64,000 bases of DNA from Sphyrna mokarran (GCA_024679065.1 JAGIQG010000010.1:62930001-62994000); one strand, 5' to 3'. Positions 39,036 through 52,249 are shown, counted from the first letter of the stretch. Notes: generated from the letters alone by a model not told the origin. Numbers and translations: made by a program.

Positions 39036-40699
39036 GAAAGAGTTAAAAAAACAACCTCTTACATTTCAAACAATTTTCTGATAACTGGATTCCCGTTTTT
39101 GTCAAAAAGCTTAAGGACATATTTTAATCTTATCATCCTACAGAAACTGGATAGGTAATTAAAATGGGCAACGTAACTTACTCACACTGATCCACTGCAC
39201 TATTATTCTGCTGTTATGAAGGCAAGACGAACACCCACTTGAGACAGTTGACTCTTCCTTTAAATATACTGATCTGATTCAAATGGTAATATAGCTGTAG
39301 GAGTAATGTTGGAGACATGCACCAGGTAGAAGTTGCCTTGCTAGGACATGCTGGTGACAAAATGAGGCCTAAAAAGCTAAGTGGATTTTATGTTTTTTAA
39401 TGTTCTTGGCTTACAAGGAAATCTTGGGTTTCTCTGCCCTGTTTTTTTTCCTGTGATTCCCTCCCAACCCTTTATTTAAGCACTAGGAAACATTTCTTCA
39501 AGTCTCCTAATGGTGGTCTCTTGGGGCTTGACATCGCACTTCTATTTGCTGCTTAACTTCTACTTCTAGTTGGGGTTTGGATGGGAGAATGAAGCCGCCT
39601 ATGCAAATGATGACTGCCAGTTAAAATCTCTGAGTTTAATGCTACAAATGTGCTGGCACTTTGCCATCTGCTGCTGTCCTACCCACATCACCTTCCACCA
39701 CAATCTCTATCTCCCCCTAGCAATGGCTTATCCCAAGTTAAAATAGGGATTAGTATTTTTGAGTTTCATCATTAAAAATGCTGTCTGTTAAATTTTTTCA
39801 ATAATTGTTTAAGGCAATTAATGCCTCTAATCCAACTGGACATATGGAAACAACGTGCAGTTAATATAGATATTGGGGAAAGAACTTGAATACCTAATAC
39901 GTTCTAGTTGAGCAAATGTTTTAGAAGTTTTCTAGCATATATGAGTACCAAATAATTGCCAGAAATATTTTCCATTAGAGGAATGCATTGTTTTTTTGCT
40001 AATCAATCATTTCATACACTGAATATCTCGAGTTTCACCATTTGCTCTGTTAGTGTTTTTGCTACAAGAGTAGCTACCAGTGCAAATATCAGGGCAATAA
40101 ACTTCCATACAAAGTGACCTCTAATTAACCTCTAATTAGATGCAACATGATAAGCTTTGAAACAGATTTTTTTGTCTTGCTCTGATTTGATTCACTGTTC
40201 TATGATAACACACAATGAATGAAGAACTAAACTTGCTGAATAAAAAAAAAATTAAAACTGTAGCTTTTGGGAAAATTGTTTTACGCATCTTGCACTGATG
40301 TGTAAACGGCCCTATTTATATAAATACAACAGAAATTCACTAGTCTTCTAGAAAAATTTAATGACTCCAACAACTGTTGTAAAGGAAGAGCACAGCATGG
40401 ATCAGTTGTCTTTTTATGTGGCTGTCTTCCTTGTTGGGGAACTCCAACTGAATAACAAATCTGTGTTCAGAAAAGGTGAGATGATCTGAGGTTTCTTCTG
40501 TTGTCAACCTTTGGCCTGATGTCAGGTCTGCACAACAGCCACCAGCTTTATGGTGTTCCAGCTGGAGGGCCAGCAGTGCCCCTCATGACTGGCAGTGGGA
40601 AAGGGAAGCAAATTTCACTTTGACACTTGGCAATGGCAAACATTTCTACAAATTTCTATTCCATTTGCAAAATACCTTGATTGCATTTTAATTTAACCA

Positions 40700-41260
40700 A
40701 AATCTTTGGAAATAACATGGCACCTTGAATGTGTGAATGCTGATCCATTGTTTCCCATTCCTCCACATCACTGTGCACATGTCCATCAACTTGTAATAAC
40801 CCACAAAATAATGACACTTCCTGCTGACCTCTTCAGCCCACCTAAAGTATGACTCCCATGAAGAAGGCCAATCTGGAAAAACCCTCCCACACAGGACTTT
40901 AACACAAATTCTACCTAGACAAATGAATAGGAATCATTGGGCATAACAAATAGGTACCTGTCTCAAACTCAACCCAGCAGCTGCTTAGTTTCAAACTTTC
41001 GAAGAAAGTATGGTCTACCCTAAATAGGTTCAGGACCAGACAAGGCCCCTGTTTGGCCAACTTCCACAGATGGGCCATTAGTGTCAGCCCTTTATGTGTA
41101 TGTTGGCAAGAGCAAGCTATGCCCAAATAGAAGTGTATCCAATCCATGGACTTGACAGAGGTCTATACAACTCAACACAGCAGGGCTGGGAGAAACTGCT
41201 TGGTTTAGAAACATTGCTTTTGCTAAATAAATGATTATTCATCTTGTCTGCTACTTTTTT
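40700..41260 (+). mobile_element. Vingi/Ingi-clade LINE C-terminal remnant
   Basis: My translation from ~40984: LSFKLSKKVWSTLNRFRTRQGPCLANFHRWAISVSPLCVCWQEQAM; upstream DLFSPPKV*LP*RRPIW. Confidence 0.7.
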
Positions 41261-41560
41261 AGATGTGTTAATCCTGGAGTGTGGTTTCAATGATAATTGA
41301 CATGTTTCACTACCCTGTTGTAGTTCACATTTGTGAACCTTTACAGTGAATTTCAGAAAGCTTGACAGAGAGACATTGCGAAGAATTATGAACCTGTCTC
41401 AGTTCTGCTCTAGTGTGCATGGTTCAGCTAATCATCGGCTGAGCTTGGTGAAGTTATTATATCTGTGAACAAGCTTTCTCCATAAATACTATCCATTTCA
41501 ATATAGAAATGATGTGTGTATTGCCTCTATACGCATGATGGATGGCAATATTATTGTCTG

Positions 41561-41660
41561 ACAAAATACTGCAAATACTGGAAATTTGAAATCAAACTTG
41601 AAAATTCTGGAAACACTCAGAAGATCAGGCAGCACCTGAGAAGAGAGAAACAGAGTTTGT
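41561..41660 (-). mobile_element. Penelope-like terminal fragment
   Basis: CAAAATACTGCAAATACTGGAAATTTGAAAT...GGAAACACTCAG...GGCAGCACCTGAGAAGAGAGAAACAGAGTT. Confidence 0.65.
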
Positions 41661-41931
41661 TTACTGACATAGGGAAAGACGATTTAGCAATGTATGTTCC
41701 AATTGGCCACTCAGATTACATTGACACTTTCATGCATATAGAACAAATCTAAAATGTTTAGTCAGTAGATTACTCAGGTCACAATCTTGGCAGGGCATTC
41801 TGGAGTTGTGGGCCTATGGTTCCATCCAGAACATGATATACAGATGCCGGCGTTGGATTGGGGTGGTAAGAACTCAGTAAGAATTTAGCAACACCAATTT
41901 ATAATCCAACCGATTTATTTGATAGTAAAAA

Positions 41932-41965
41932 TGCAAGCTTTCGATTCCTGTGTCTTCCTCAGGCA
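41932..41965 (-). ncRNA. Minimal hammerhead-ribozyme-like motif (mirror copy)
   Basis: TGC-CTGAGGA-AGACACAGGAATC-GAAA-GCTT-GCA on the minus strand; one stem II mismatch. Confidence 0.5.
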
Positions 41966-42000
41966 AATGCAGTGTTCTGGTCAGACCAGAACACTGCATT

Positions 42001-42034
42001 TGCCTGAGGAAGACACAGGAGTCGAAAGCTCGTG
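42001..42034 (+). ncRNA. Minimal type I hammerhead-ribozyme-like motif
   Basis: TGC-CTGAGGA-A-GAC-ACAGGA-GTC-GAAA-GCTC-GTG: CUGANGA and GAAA boxes, short stem II, palindromic AGCT in place of stem III, as described for Penelope hammerheads. Confidence 0.6.
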
Positions 42035-44084
42035 TTTTTACTATCAAATAAATCGGTTGGATTATAAATTGGTGTTGCTAAATTCTTACTGAGTTCTTTC
42101 CATCCAGAACTGACATTAACCAAGTTTGTAGGATCACTGAAGCTGGGGAAGTATCCCATTGTGTTGGAGTTAGTGGGTGTTAGGATCCACTACCCAGTGT
42201 ATCATTGTTTCTGACCAAGTCCATGCCCAAGGAAACTCACTATTTGCCTACCCTTGAAAAGGGTATGAGAATTGCTGACCCACACCAACACTCTCTTCAT
42301 CCCCCTGCCAAATGTTCGCCCACCCCGCTACCCTCCACCATTCTCCCCCACCATACTACCACACCCATCCTATGTTTTCAAAGCAATCTGAACAAAAGGA
42401 ACAATCTGAAACACTCTGAGGTCTTTGTTGACTTAGGACCTTGTTTGGCCTGTACCCTAAAAACTGGTGCTCAATATGGGTGTCATCAATGAAGGATGGT
42501 AATGAAAATTCTTTAAGTGAAGTTGAATTATAGAATGTAGCAGTGAAATAGATCTCTGGTTATCAACACTAGAAGGATGTTTAACAAACACTGTTTAAGG
42601 AAAGCAGGCTTACAGATCTCATGTTGAAATGATACTCTACCTTGCAGCTCTGATGTTGGCCATCATTACTCATAGTGCTGACAGGACTGATGATAACCAT
42701 GAAGTTGTTTATTCAGTCTGATAGAACATCTCATTTCACTGTAATGTTGGTAAGTTGTCTCTCCCTTATCACTGATTATCTCCTTTTGTATCCTGAGGTA
42801 TCTCATATACAGATGAGACAAAATCCCCAGATTATTTTACTTACTATAATGAATTGTTAAGTGTATTTGTACTGCAGCAAGATCACAATTTTAGTACTTT
42901 GAACTTTGTCTTTCTGCAATTTGCCTATGTCCCAAAAACACTGTACAATGCAACAATATTTTAATAACACATCCTATTTGTTTTAAACCTTGAAATGACA
43001 GTGGAGAAGGCTAAGATCAGTACTTTCTATTCATGCACATACATATTTTCAATGCATACACATACAATACATAAACCACTCTAATCTTAGCAAATTGTAT
43101 ATTTATTGCTTACTCATTCTCTCATTGTTTTAGAATGGGATTGTGTGGAGAGCCGTGTTCATGTTTGAAGTAAGTGACATAGCCAACAACATGCAGTTGA
43201 AGTTTATGTAAAAGGGAACACTATCAGCTGCTCACTGCTCACGAACTTTGTGTAAGAATTACTACACTGTAAGTTGTAATGCAATGACTTCAGTAGTTAG
43301 CAACTTTTTTAGCTATGAAATTAAATGTTGGAAACAAAATAATGAAACAAACTTGGCAACTCCTGTAGAAACATATAAAGCCAATATCATTGAACATCAC
43401 CCTGAAAGTAACATTTTATGTACTATAATAATTAATAGTTTCCTTAATGGCCCATGAGTTGAACTTAGCTCAAGTTATCAGATACTTAATGAAATATACA
43501 TGTTTCCGATCACAGGATTCCTCTCTGAAGTAATAAGGAGAGATACATCAATACTACCAACAAGGTGCTTCAAATATTGCCAAGCAAGTATTCTTGGCTT
43601 CGATGAACTTCAGCTTAATTTGGAGAAGCTTGGAAAAAGAAATTGTATATCGTGAATTTATTGTAAATTATACTGCACCAATAGGCTACGGTCTGGTGCA
43701 CCATTCAGCACGTATTTTATTACCGCAAATAATTAAATGCAATGCTCGACGTAGATCCTTGTTTTTAAGTATCATAGTCAAATCAGTCAGCAACTACTAC
43801 TATATCCTAATTTAAGTAGCAACACCCCGTTTAAAAATTCACAGCTTTGGCTTTTGCTTCAAAACAGCAAGAAAGAATACTGTTAGGTAAAGGCAAAATA
43901 CTGCACATGCTTGACTCAGAAACACGCCACTTGCTTTGTGGAAGGAACTATCAACTGCCCATTCTCCAGAAAAAGACCGTACAATTGCTGTCCAGATTGT
44001 ATCTCTAAAAACAGTGAAAATGTAGCTAGAGCTTGCCTTGCTAATATTTAATTATGTTTTAATGCAAAATATATGTTTATCAGC

Positions 44085-44455
44085 TGAGCAGTTGTTCAGT
44101 GGGCAGTATTCTTGCCTGAGTCAGAATGTTGTTGATTCAAGTCTCACACCAAGACACGAGCACAAAATTCAAAATCAACACTTTATTGTGGTATGCAAGA
44201 AATGGTACATCATTGAACATGCTGTCTTTTACATGAGGCATTAAAAAAAATCCATGAAGCCATTTTGAAGAAGAGCATGAAAGTTATCCTTAGTGTTCTG
44301 GTGAATATTTATCCCTTCCCAAAACAGGTTAACTAATTCTTGTGGGAGCTTGTAGTGTGTGAAATTAATTGCCATGTTTCTGAGACTTCGTTTTCTATAA
44401 AGCACTTTGAGACATCCTATGTTCGTGAAAGATGCTATATAAAGACATTTTTTAA
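44085..44455 (+). mobile_element. SacSINE1-like Deu-domain SINE
   Basis: tRNA-like head (GAGTCAGAATGTTGTTGATTCAAGTC), TTTTGAAGAAGAGCA...AATATTTATCCCT core, L2-type tail AAAGCACTTTGAGACATCC...GTGAAAGATGCTATATAAA. Confidence 0.8.
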
Positions 44456-45794
44456 TGTAAATGAACTGTTGAGCTGACAGATGTATATATAAATTCCCAA
44501 CATGAGATTCTGCTGCGACAACCAATATTATGTAGAAACTTGCAGTGCAAAAGAGCACAGGAATGGCAGAAATAGTAACAAAGATGCACATGGACAGGTA
44601 AAATGCAGACTGTTTCACCACTTTCAACTTTGACCAAACTTTGCCAGTTTTTGATGCACTTCCCATAATTCAGTGAATTAACACACCTGTAAGTGTCTGG
44701 TATATTACTCCAGACAAGAAGATCAGTTTAATGTCAATTGCCTTTTTGTTCAAGGTTGGTGAGGAAAAAAACATTTATTATGATGCCACTCTAATTGATG
44801 TGGAAAACCTGTACTGTCTGAAATGAAAAATGGCTTGAGCTTAATGGTAAGAAGCAAAAAGTCGAAAGTCACATGAAGTCAGGGCCAAGATTTTCTGAGT
44901 GGATAGGGACAATCCAAAATACTTAATATTTAGCCAATGACAGAGATTGATGTGGGAGCATGATAGACCATGGTTTACCTCTTCTCTATCACTGCAATTC
45001 TGGAAACTTTAAACCAAACACTGCATCAGGATAGAAATGCATGCAGAGTAAAGGTAGGTGGCTAATCAGCAATATACTTATAAAGGTATTGATTTACCCA
45101 CTTAAAGAGTCAAGTTAAAGTAGATTCCCTACGGATGGTTATGCTAAAAAATAACCTTGGATTTTAAAACACATTGAAACAACATCTGGTAACTATCTCT
45201 GTTAAGCTCAATCAGTTCCCAAGTAAGGGATACCTGTGCAGTTTGAAAAATATGCATGAACTTGTCATGTTAGATGCTAATATACCAAAAGATCAGGGGC
45301 CGCAGTTGCCTCTGAAAAAAAACAGCAGGATAAACTTCATTGCTCATGAACAAAATTGCACCAAGAAGATATATTTAAAAAATATAATTTCTGTGATAAT
45401 GAATTTATTGGCATGAATAACAACCTGCTATGATGTACATGTACCAATGATTTTTAATGCTTAAGCAGCTAAAGCCACTTAAGCAATATATGTGAAGAAC
45501 AGTTTGTTATTTCATTTTGTTATGAGCAGGTGGGAAGAGTGAATTGGCTCCCCTCCTATTCAACTATCTTTGTTAGTCACAATAAAGGTTAAAAGTTTAT
45601 TTTTTCACAAGGATATTTCTTTTCCAAATCAGAACGTATTTCATTATTTAAGCTGTGAGCAATGAGGAGCCAGTCAAACAAGGTTTCCTTGAGTCAAAGA
45701 AAGACTAAGTTTAATAACCACTATACCTGAGGGAAATACTAAGGAAATGTTGTTAAAGCAGTCAGCTCTCATGTAATTTTTTGGACACACTCAA

Positions 45795-45822
45795 ACACAC
45801 ACACACATACACACACACACAC
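45795..45822. repeat. (CA)n microsatellite
   Basis: Seen directly in sequence. Confidence 0.9.
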
Positions 45823-46194
45823 AAAAGGTGAAATAATATATCGGTAATAGCCTTTGTCCTTGAGATATAAATTGCAAAACTTGCTGATGATTTATGTTAG
45901 CTGGTTTCTTGAATGCAATTAGATTTAGAAGATGGTGCAAATATTAGGCAATCTGGTTTCACTGGTAGGATTTTGCAGAGCTAGCTTCTCAAAATGGGTG
46001 GCATGTTTATTCCAAAAGAGAGAGAGGGAAAGAGAGCAGCCCTCAGCTTGTCATTGCCTATGTCATTTGAAATTTCTCTCTAATGATTGACAGCCTTGCC
46101 TTGAAATACTTCACCTCTTGTTTATTTCCAAGATGTTTTGGGTGTGTCTGTCTGTGCAACCATTATTTCAATATCCAGTACTTTGCATTTTTAA

Positions 46195-46330
46195 TGGATG
46201 GTGTTCTCCAGCTGTTCACACCAACGGGAATCTCTCGTCCCACTGCAGTAAATGGAGATTTGGCAGAGTGTCAAATTCTCCATTCTCTCTGGCAGCATGG
46301 TGGGTGTATGTGGATGGGAAATTCCGGCCA
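46195..46330. mobile_element. Short MITE-like element
   Basis: Internal inverted repeat AATGGAGATTTGGCA/TGTCAAATTCTCCATT; end GGGAAATTCCGGCC; related to the insert at ~24567-24675. Confidence 0.5.
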
Positions 46331-48759
46331 TTGTCTCTTCCTCAGTCAGTTACGTATTTCAACGGATGTCTGGATTTTCGGAAATGCCTCTCTCTTCACT
46401 CTCCTGAGGATGATTTGTTTGGTCTTCACCTTTATCTTACATTTGGAAGCAGTTTGTTCTGTCTTTGTTCAAATTGAAAAGTTTACAGTTAGTTCAAAGT
46501 TGAAAAATCATATTTTCAAAAACAAAGGGATATAGTCTTGTAACCACCTTTAGTGTGCACACATTTTCTACAATTTGTACACTGGTTAGATCAAGAAAAT
46601 TGGTTTGTCAATTAGCTCTGGATATACAGGTTATTCTTGTCGTGGAGAAAGATATTTTTGGTCTGAAAAGGAAGGAACAAGATGCAAATGGCCTCGTATC
46701 TGAAAGACTGCGTAGCTTACAAAATAGTGCAAGGGCAAAGTATGTTACTATTGTAAAGATATGATGTTGTCAATCCAGGAGCTGATTTTTGAAAGCTTAC
46801 TGCTTATCTCATTGACACTGCAAAATAAACAATATACAAATGAAAATTTGAAACAAAGGACTATGCATTAGTTCAGACCAGATATTTTAAGTGTGCCTCA
46901 AAGCTCTCTGCACCAAAACAGATAAAAACTTTACTTAAATACTGGAATAAGGATCCTGTATCCACCTAGGATTCAATGGGCGGGTGGAGGTAGGGGTAAA
47001 GACAAACACGAAAACTGACTTTTTGTCAGCTTATTTTTACTTTTCACAACATCCAAGGATGTAATTACAGCCAGCGACAACTCCTCATGTGCACGAGATG
47101 ACATAAATCTTAAAGATGTAGCATACACTAATCAGTCCTCAAGATGGTGGTTGAAACCTTGTAAGCTTAAATGATTCTCTCTTGATCCAATAGAGAAGAA
47201 TGCAAGTCAGAGATTTCAGATGATGAGCTCACACTTGTTCAACCCAAACACCAACAGAATTATGGTTTTCAGTTGGTCGAGCACCTCTAGTGAAGAACTA
47301 TAAACTTGCAGGTAAAATAAATAAGCCCGCTTCTATGCCTAAAGTGATTTTTGAGGCAAGATACAGAGCCTCTTCATTGTGGTGAAAATCTAAGCCCTTG
47401 TATTTCTCTACTAAAAAATTCCACAATAGCCCAATTCTGTCTCTTCATCAGATTTCTAATCAAGATAGCCTTTGACTAACTTGTAGGCATTAAACACATC
47501 ATTAATTGTACCACAATCTGCAGGTTGCTCATCTGAAAGAATTAAATACACACTTATGTTTTTTGTACCAAAATACTTCTAAATAAAATTTTCTGAATTT
47601 CTTATGGCCATTGTAATTTCATAGCAATGTTCTCAAACTAAAAATTTAAGTCTTTCAAGTCTTCCTCCTGAATTTAAGCATTAGGTGAAATTTCCTCGCC
47701 AAAATCAAAATCTGACTATTATCAAGTACGTCTGTTCACGTAATAAAGCTTTTCTCTATCCAATTCAAGTTTCTATGTGTCCCTCTCTCTTAGCACTTCA
47801 GGGTGCTCCCTGTCCCTTTCTCTTAAACATTCTAATTTCAGTTTTCAATTTCCCTTTCTTTTTCCTTTCTCTCTAGTTCAAGATATTTTTCACTACTCTT
47901 CCTCTAATTTAATTCTTTTGCTTTTTCGCCTTTTTCCAATTTGAGTTGCTTCATTTGTAACTGATTCCTTGTAGCCAACTCGACCTATATTTTATCTACC
48001 TTTCTCTTCCTCGAGGTTCAAACATTGCACCAATACTTCTAGTGCCTACTTTTTAACTTTATCCCCGGATTTTCTTCTATTGCCTTCAAATTTACTTTTG
48101 GAAAATAATACAAGACACTTCAGCAACAGGCAGCCATTTTTGACTTCCCAATAAATACAATAAAAAACACTGTTAAACCATACTCATTTGAACTCTGGCC
48201 AAATCCAATATATTTGTCTCAGCCTGTGCATTCAAAATTTCATAAAGTACTGAGCTGATTATAACTCACGCAGAGACTGATAAGTTTAATAAAAAGAAAT
48301 TAAAACTTCCAGTTATTAGCTGAAAAAATGAAATATCTCAAAAAATGAAATCTTGACAATTACTGTAACAAATTACTAAAAACACTTAACTAAATGCTGG
48401 AGTGAGTGCTGTGGGAATCATTACAGACAGGAAGGACAATTTGTTGGAACATTTAAAGGTCCGTTAGCTATGGGCAGGAATTTCTGGTTTTGGGCATGAC
48501 TGGAAAATCCTATCTGCCATCTTTGGAGGCAATTTATACTTTAAACCATAGAATGTAACACCCCTCTTAATCTTAGTCCAACCAAAAAGACAGACACATG
48601 GGTGTACATTATACTGAACTTTATAAAGACATTCACTTTTCCTAGAATAAATACAAACTGATTCTTAGCTCCTTATTTTTTTCCTTTTTCTCAACTTGGT
48701 AATTTGAAATCTTAGCACTGCCTTTCACACTGAGGTTTTATTTTCCTCCATTCTTAATG

Positions 48760-50772
48760 TTACAAAGCCAATGTGCCAAATGGACTTGGCTTCTGTTAAA
48801 GGAGAAGAAAACATGCCAAGGGAAGAATGAGGCATCCATAACTGATGAGGGAAGTCAAGGACAGCATAAAAGCAAAAGAAAACGCAAACAATGTGACAAG
48901 GATTAGTAAGAAACCAGAGGATTGGAAAGCCTTTAAAAGCGAGAAAAGGACAACTAATAAAGCAATAGGGAGAGAAGATGAAATGAGTGTAAGCTAGCTA
49001 ATATTATAAAAAAAAATAGGAAGAGTTTTTGTCAATATATAATAAGTAAAAGAGAAGCAAAAATAGACATTGGACCACTGGAAAATGAGGCTGGAGAAGT
49101 AATAATAGGAAACAAAAAAAAAAGAAAGAGGAACTGAATAGTTATTTTGCATCAGTCTTCATGGTGAAAGACATCAGTAGGATGCTATAGCTCCAGGAAA
49201 GTCAGAGGGCACAGGTAAGTGTAATGGCCATCATTATGAAGAAGGTTCTGGGAAAACTGAAAGGTATGAAGGTGAATAAATCATCTGGACCGGATGGACT
49301 ACACCTTAGGGTTCTAAAAGAGATAGCTGAGGATCTTTCAGGAATCACTGGATGCAGGGAACTGGAAAGTAGTTAATGTAACACTGCTGTTTAAGAAGGG
49401 AGGGAGGCAGCAGATGGGAAATTATAGGTTAGTTAGCTTGACTTTGGTCAAGATTTTAGAATGCATTATTAAAGATGTGATCACGGAGTACTCGGATGTG
49501 CATGATAAAATAGGACTGAGTCAGCACAGTTTCATCAAGGGAAGATCATGTCTGAAAATTCAATAGAGTTCTCTGAGGAGGTAACAAGGAAGTTAGATAA
49601 AGGAGAGCCATGATTTATTTAGATTTCCAGAAAACCTTTGAGAAGATGCTGCATAAGAGACTGTTAAATGAGTTAAGAGCCCATGATGTTAAGAATAAGA
49701 TCCTAGCAGGGATAGAGGATTGGCTGACTGGCAGGTGGCACAGAGTGGGGATTTGGGGTCTTTTTTAGGATGGCAGCCAGTGACTAGTGATGTGCCTCAG
49801 GAGTCAGTGCTGAGACCACAACTTTTCACAATATACATTAATGATTTGGAATAAGGAACTGAAGGTTCTGTTGCTAAGTTTGCAGATGATAGAAAGATAT
49901 ATAGAGGCTCAGATAGTATTGAGGAAACAGGGGATGGGGTGCTACAGAAGGACTTGAACAGACTAGGAGAGTGGGCAAAGAAGTGACAGATGGAATACAA
50001 TGTGGAAAAGTGTGAGGCTATGCACTTTGGAAGGAGGAATGGAGGCATAGATTATTTTCTAAATGGGAAAATGCTTAGGAAATCAGAAACACAAAGAAAC
50101 TTTGTTCACGATTCCCTTAAGTTTAACGTGCAGGTTCAGACATCAGTTAGGAAGGCAAATGCAATGTTAGCATTCATGTCAAGAGGGCCAGAATACCAGA
50201 GCAGAGATGTATTTCTGAGGCTGTATAAGACTCTGGTCAGACCCTATTTGGAGTATTGTCAGCAGTTTTGGACACCATATCTAAAGAAGGATGTGCTGTC
50301 CTTGGAATGGATCCAGAGGAGGTTCACAAGAATGATCCCTGGAATGAAGAGCTTGTCGTATGAGAAACAGTTGAGGACTCTAAGTCTGTACTTGGAGCTT
50401 AGAAGGATGAAGGGGGATCTGATTGAAACTTAGAGGATACTGCGAGACCTAGATAGAATGGACATGGAGAAGATGTTTCCACTAGTCGGAAAAATTAGAA
50501 TGAGAGGGCACAACCTCCAGCTAAAGGGACAATCCTTTAAAAGAGAGATGATGAGGAATTTCTTCAGCCAGAAAGTGGAACTCTGCCACAGGAGGGGGCC
50601 AGGTGATTAAGTGTCTTTAAGACAGAGATAGATAGGTTCTTGATTAATAAAGGGATTGGGCATAATGGGGAAAAGGCAGGAGAATGGGAATGAAAAAAAT
50701 ATCAGGCACGATTGAATGGTGGAGCAGATTCGATGGGCCAGTACTCTAATTCTGCTCCTATGCCTTATGTTC
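48760..50772 (+). mobile_element. CR1 LINE, ~2 kb 5'-truncated, RT domain decayed
   Basis: ORF 49990-50433 MEYNVEKCEAMHFGRRN...LYKTLVRPYLEYC..QRRFTRMIPGM; VPQESVL and KFADD motifs upstream; CR1 tail TTCTGCTCCTATGCCTTATGTTCT. Confidence 0.95.
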
Positions 50773-51398
50773 TAAAATAGCATGACATAGATGTTTCACT
50801 TCATTTCACCAAAAGTGAAAACGTTCTCTAATTGAGATGACTGGATCTGTGTCTGGACTCAGCACAGATGTCATTAAATAATGCAGAGAAAGTGGGAGGG
50901 GACTGTTGCAACTCTCCTGGGAGTCCCAAATTTGGCTGTGTAAGTTTCTCCTGACTTTCAGACTTAATGGGGCCCCTTTCAGCAAAATAAAATTCGTGCT
51001 AATGAGGTGTTCCCTTATTCACCTACATTAGCCAGTAAGACATAGAAACCCAGTTTGTTACCAAAGTTACAGCAGGCAAGTTGGTGAACCCAACTCATGC
51101 TGAAATTTACCCCCACAGTGTGTTTGCACTTACAAATTCTCCCCTCACAAAAGACACAATTTACAACACATTCTGAAAAACAACCAATTCCTCTCATGAA
51201 GCAGTTTAAGGCAGTTTACACTTTCTCCATAGTCATGCATTGCTCAAACCAGTAAAATTAAGTGTGGGATTATTTTTTCATGTTTTATTAATTTAATTTC
51301 CTCCCCCTCTCCAAAAGTAATTCCTTGGAAAATTGAGCAAGGTCAGATACCTCGTTTGTCAGGTCCTGCACAGTTGGTGGGCCTTAGAGAATCAGAGC

Positions 51399-51480
51399 CA
51401 TATGACTCAGAGTTATATGAGTCATATAACTCATATGACATGAGTTATATCATCACATCACAGAGTCATGTGATGATATA
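51399..51480. repeat. Cluster of overlapping short palindromes
   Basis: GAGTTATATGA-G-TCATATAACTC; TATAACTCAT..ATGAGTTATA; TATATCATCACAT..ATGTGATGATATA. Confidence 0.8.
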
Positions 51481-52249
51481 AAAGCAATTATTAATATGGG
51501 GATCAAATATATTCTGCTATCTTGCGATTACTAAAGCAGCAACAGAAAATAGGTGTTGTTCTCGTGTTTCTGGTAATTCTAACTTTCAAAACTGATTATT
51601 ATTCAAAGTAAGGTTGATAAAAGGCTTTAATAATTAATTCCATATTATTTCCTTTCTCTTCCTTTTGTGCAAAGCTTACATAGAGCCTTTCATATGGTAA
51701 AGCATCCTAAGGTGCATCATTGGAATGTTATCAGTAGATAGCTACAAAGTTGAAACTAAAGGCCATCTTAAAGGATGAAGGAAAAGTAGTGATGTGGGCG
51801 GTGCTAAGACAACTCAAAAGATGCTCCATATTTCTTTGTTAACTTCTCTCAAAATTAAAAAAATTAAAATTTCTCTGAAACTTCATTTTGTTTACCATTA
51901 TAAGAAGGCTTTTGGTCCAAAACAGCTGTCTTTTTTTTATATTATTAGTACCTTCGCAACCATACAATTTTTCCCTTGGTGTAGGATCCCCAGCCTGTTG
52001 AAACACATTACGAACACTTCTTCACTGGGACTTTAACCTATTGCAATTTCACATATTGTAGTCAATAAGTTCTGCCATTGGATTTGAGCCCAGTGATAGG
52101 GACACTACAAGAAAGCCTCAGTTGCCAATTAATGCCAGTAGATGTGCAGAAAAGGCCAAAATATGTGACTCCATTTTTTTCATTCTGCACTTTTTCCAAC
52201 AAAAATACCAATGAACTTCAGCATTACTTGATTTTAAAAGTTTAAACAT

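Larger units (their letters stand above)
41833..42098. mobile_element. Palindromic Penelope terminal-repeat insertion with 13-bp TSD
   Basis: Arms 41868-41982 and 41984-42098 (115 bp each, 4 mismatches, 1-nt spacer); TTCCATCCAGAAC at 41820-41832 and 42098-42110. Confidence 0.9.

Noticed and set aside
41868-42098. Palindrome as a pre-miRNA or a DNA-transposon MITE
   Set aside because: Arms match Penelope termini, the left end has an asymmetric tail, the TSD is 13 bp, and I recognise no miRNA; small-RNA production is not excluded
49990-50433. 147-aa ORF as a host gene
   Set aside because: It is a CR1 ORF2 fragment surrounded by stops and frameshifts
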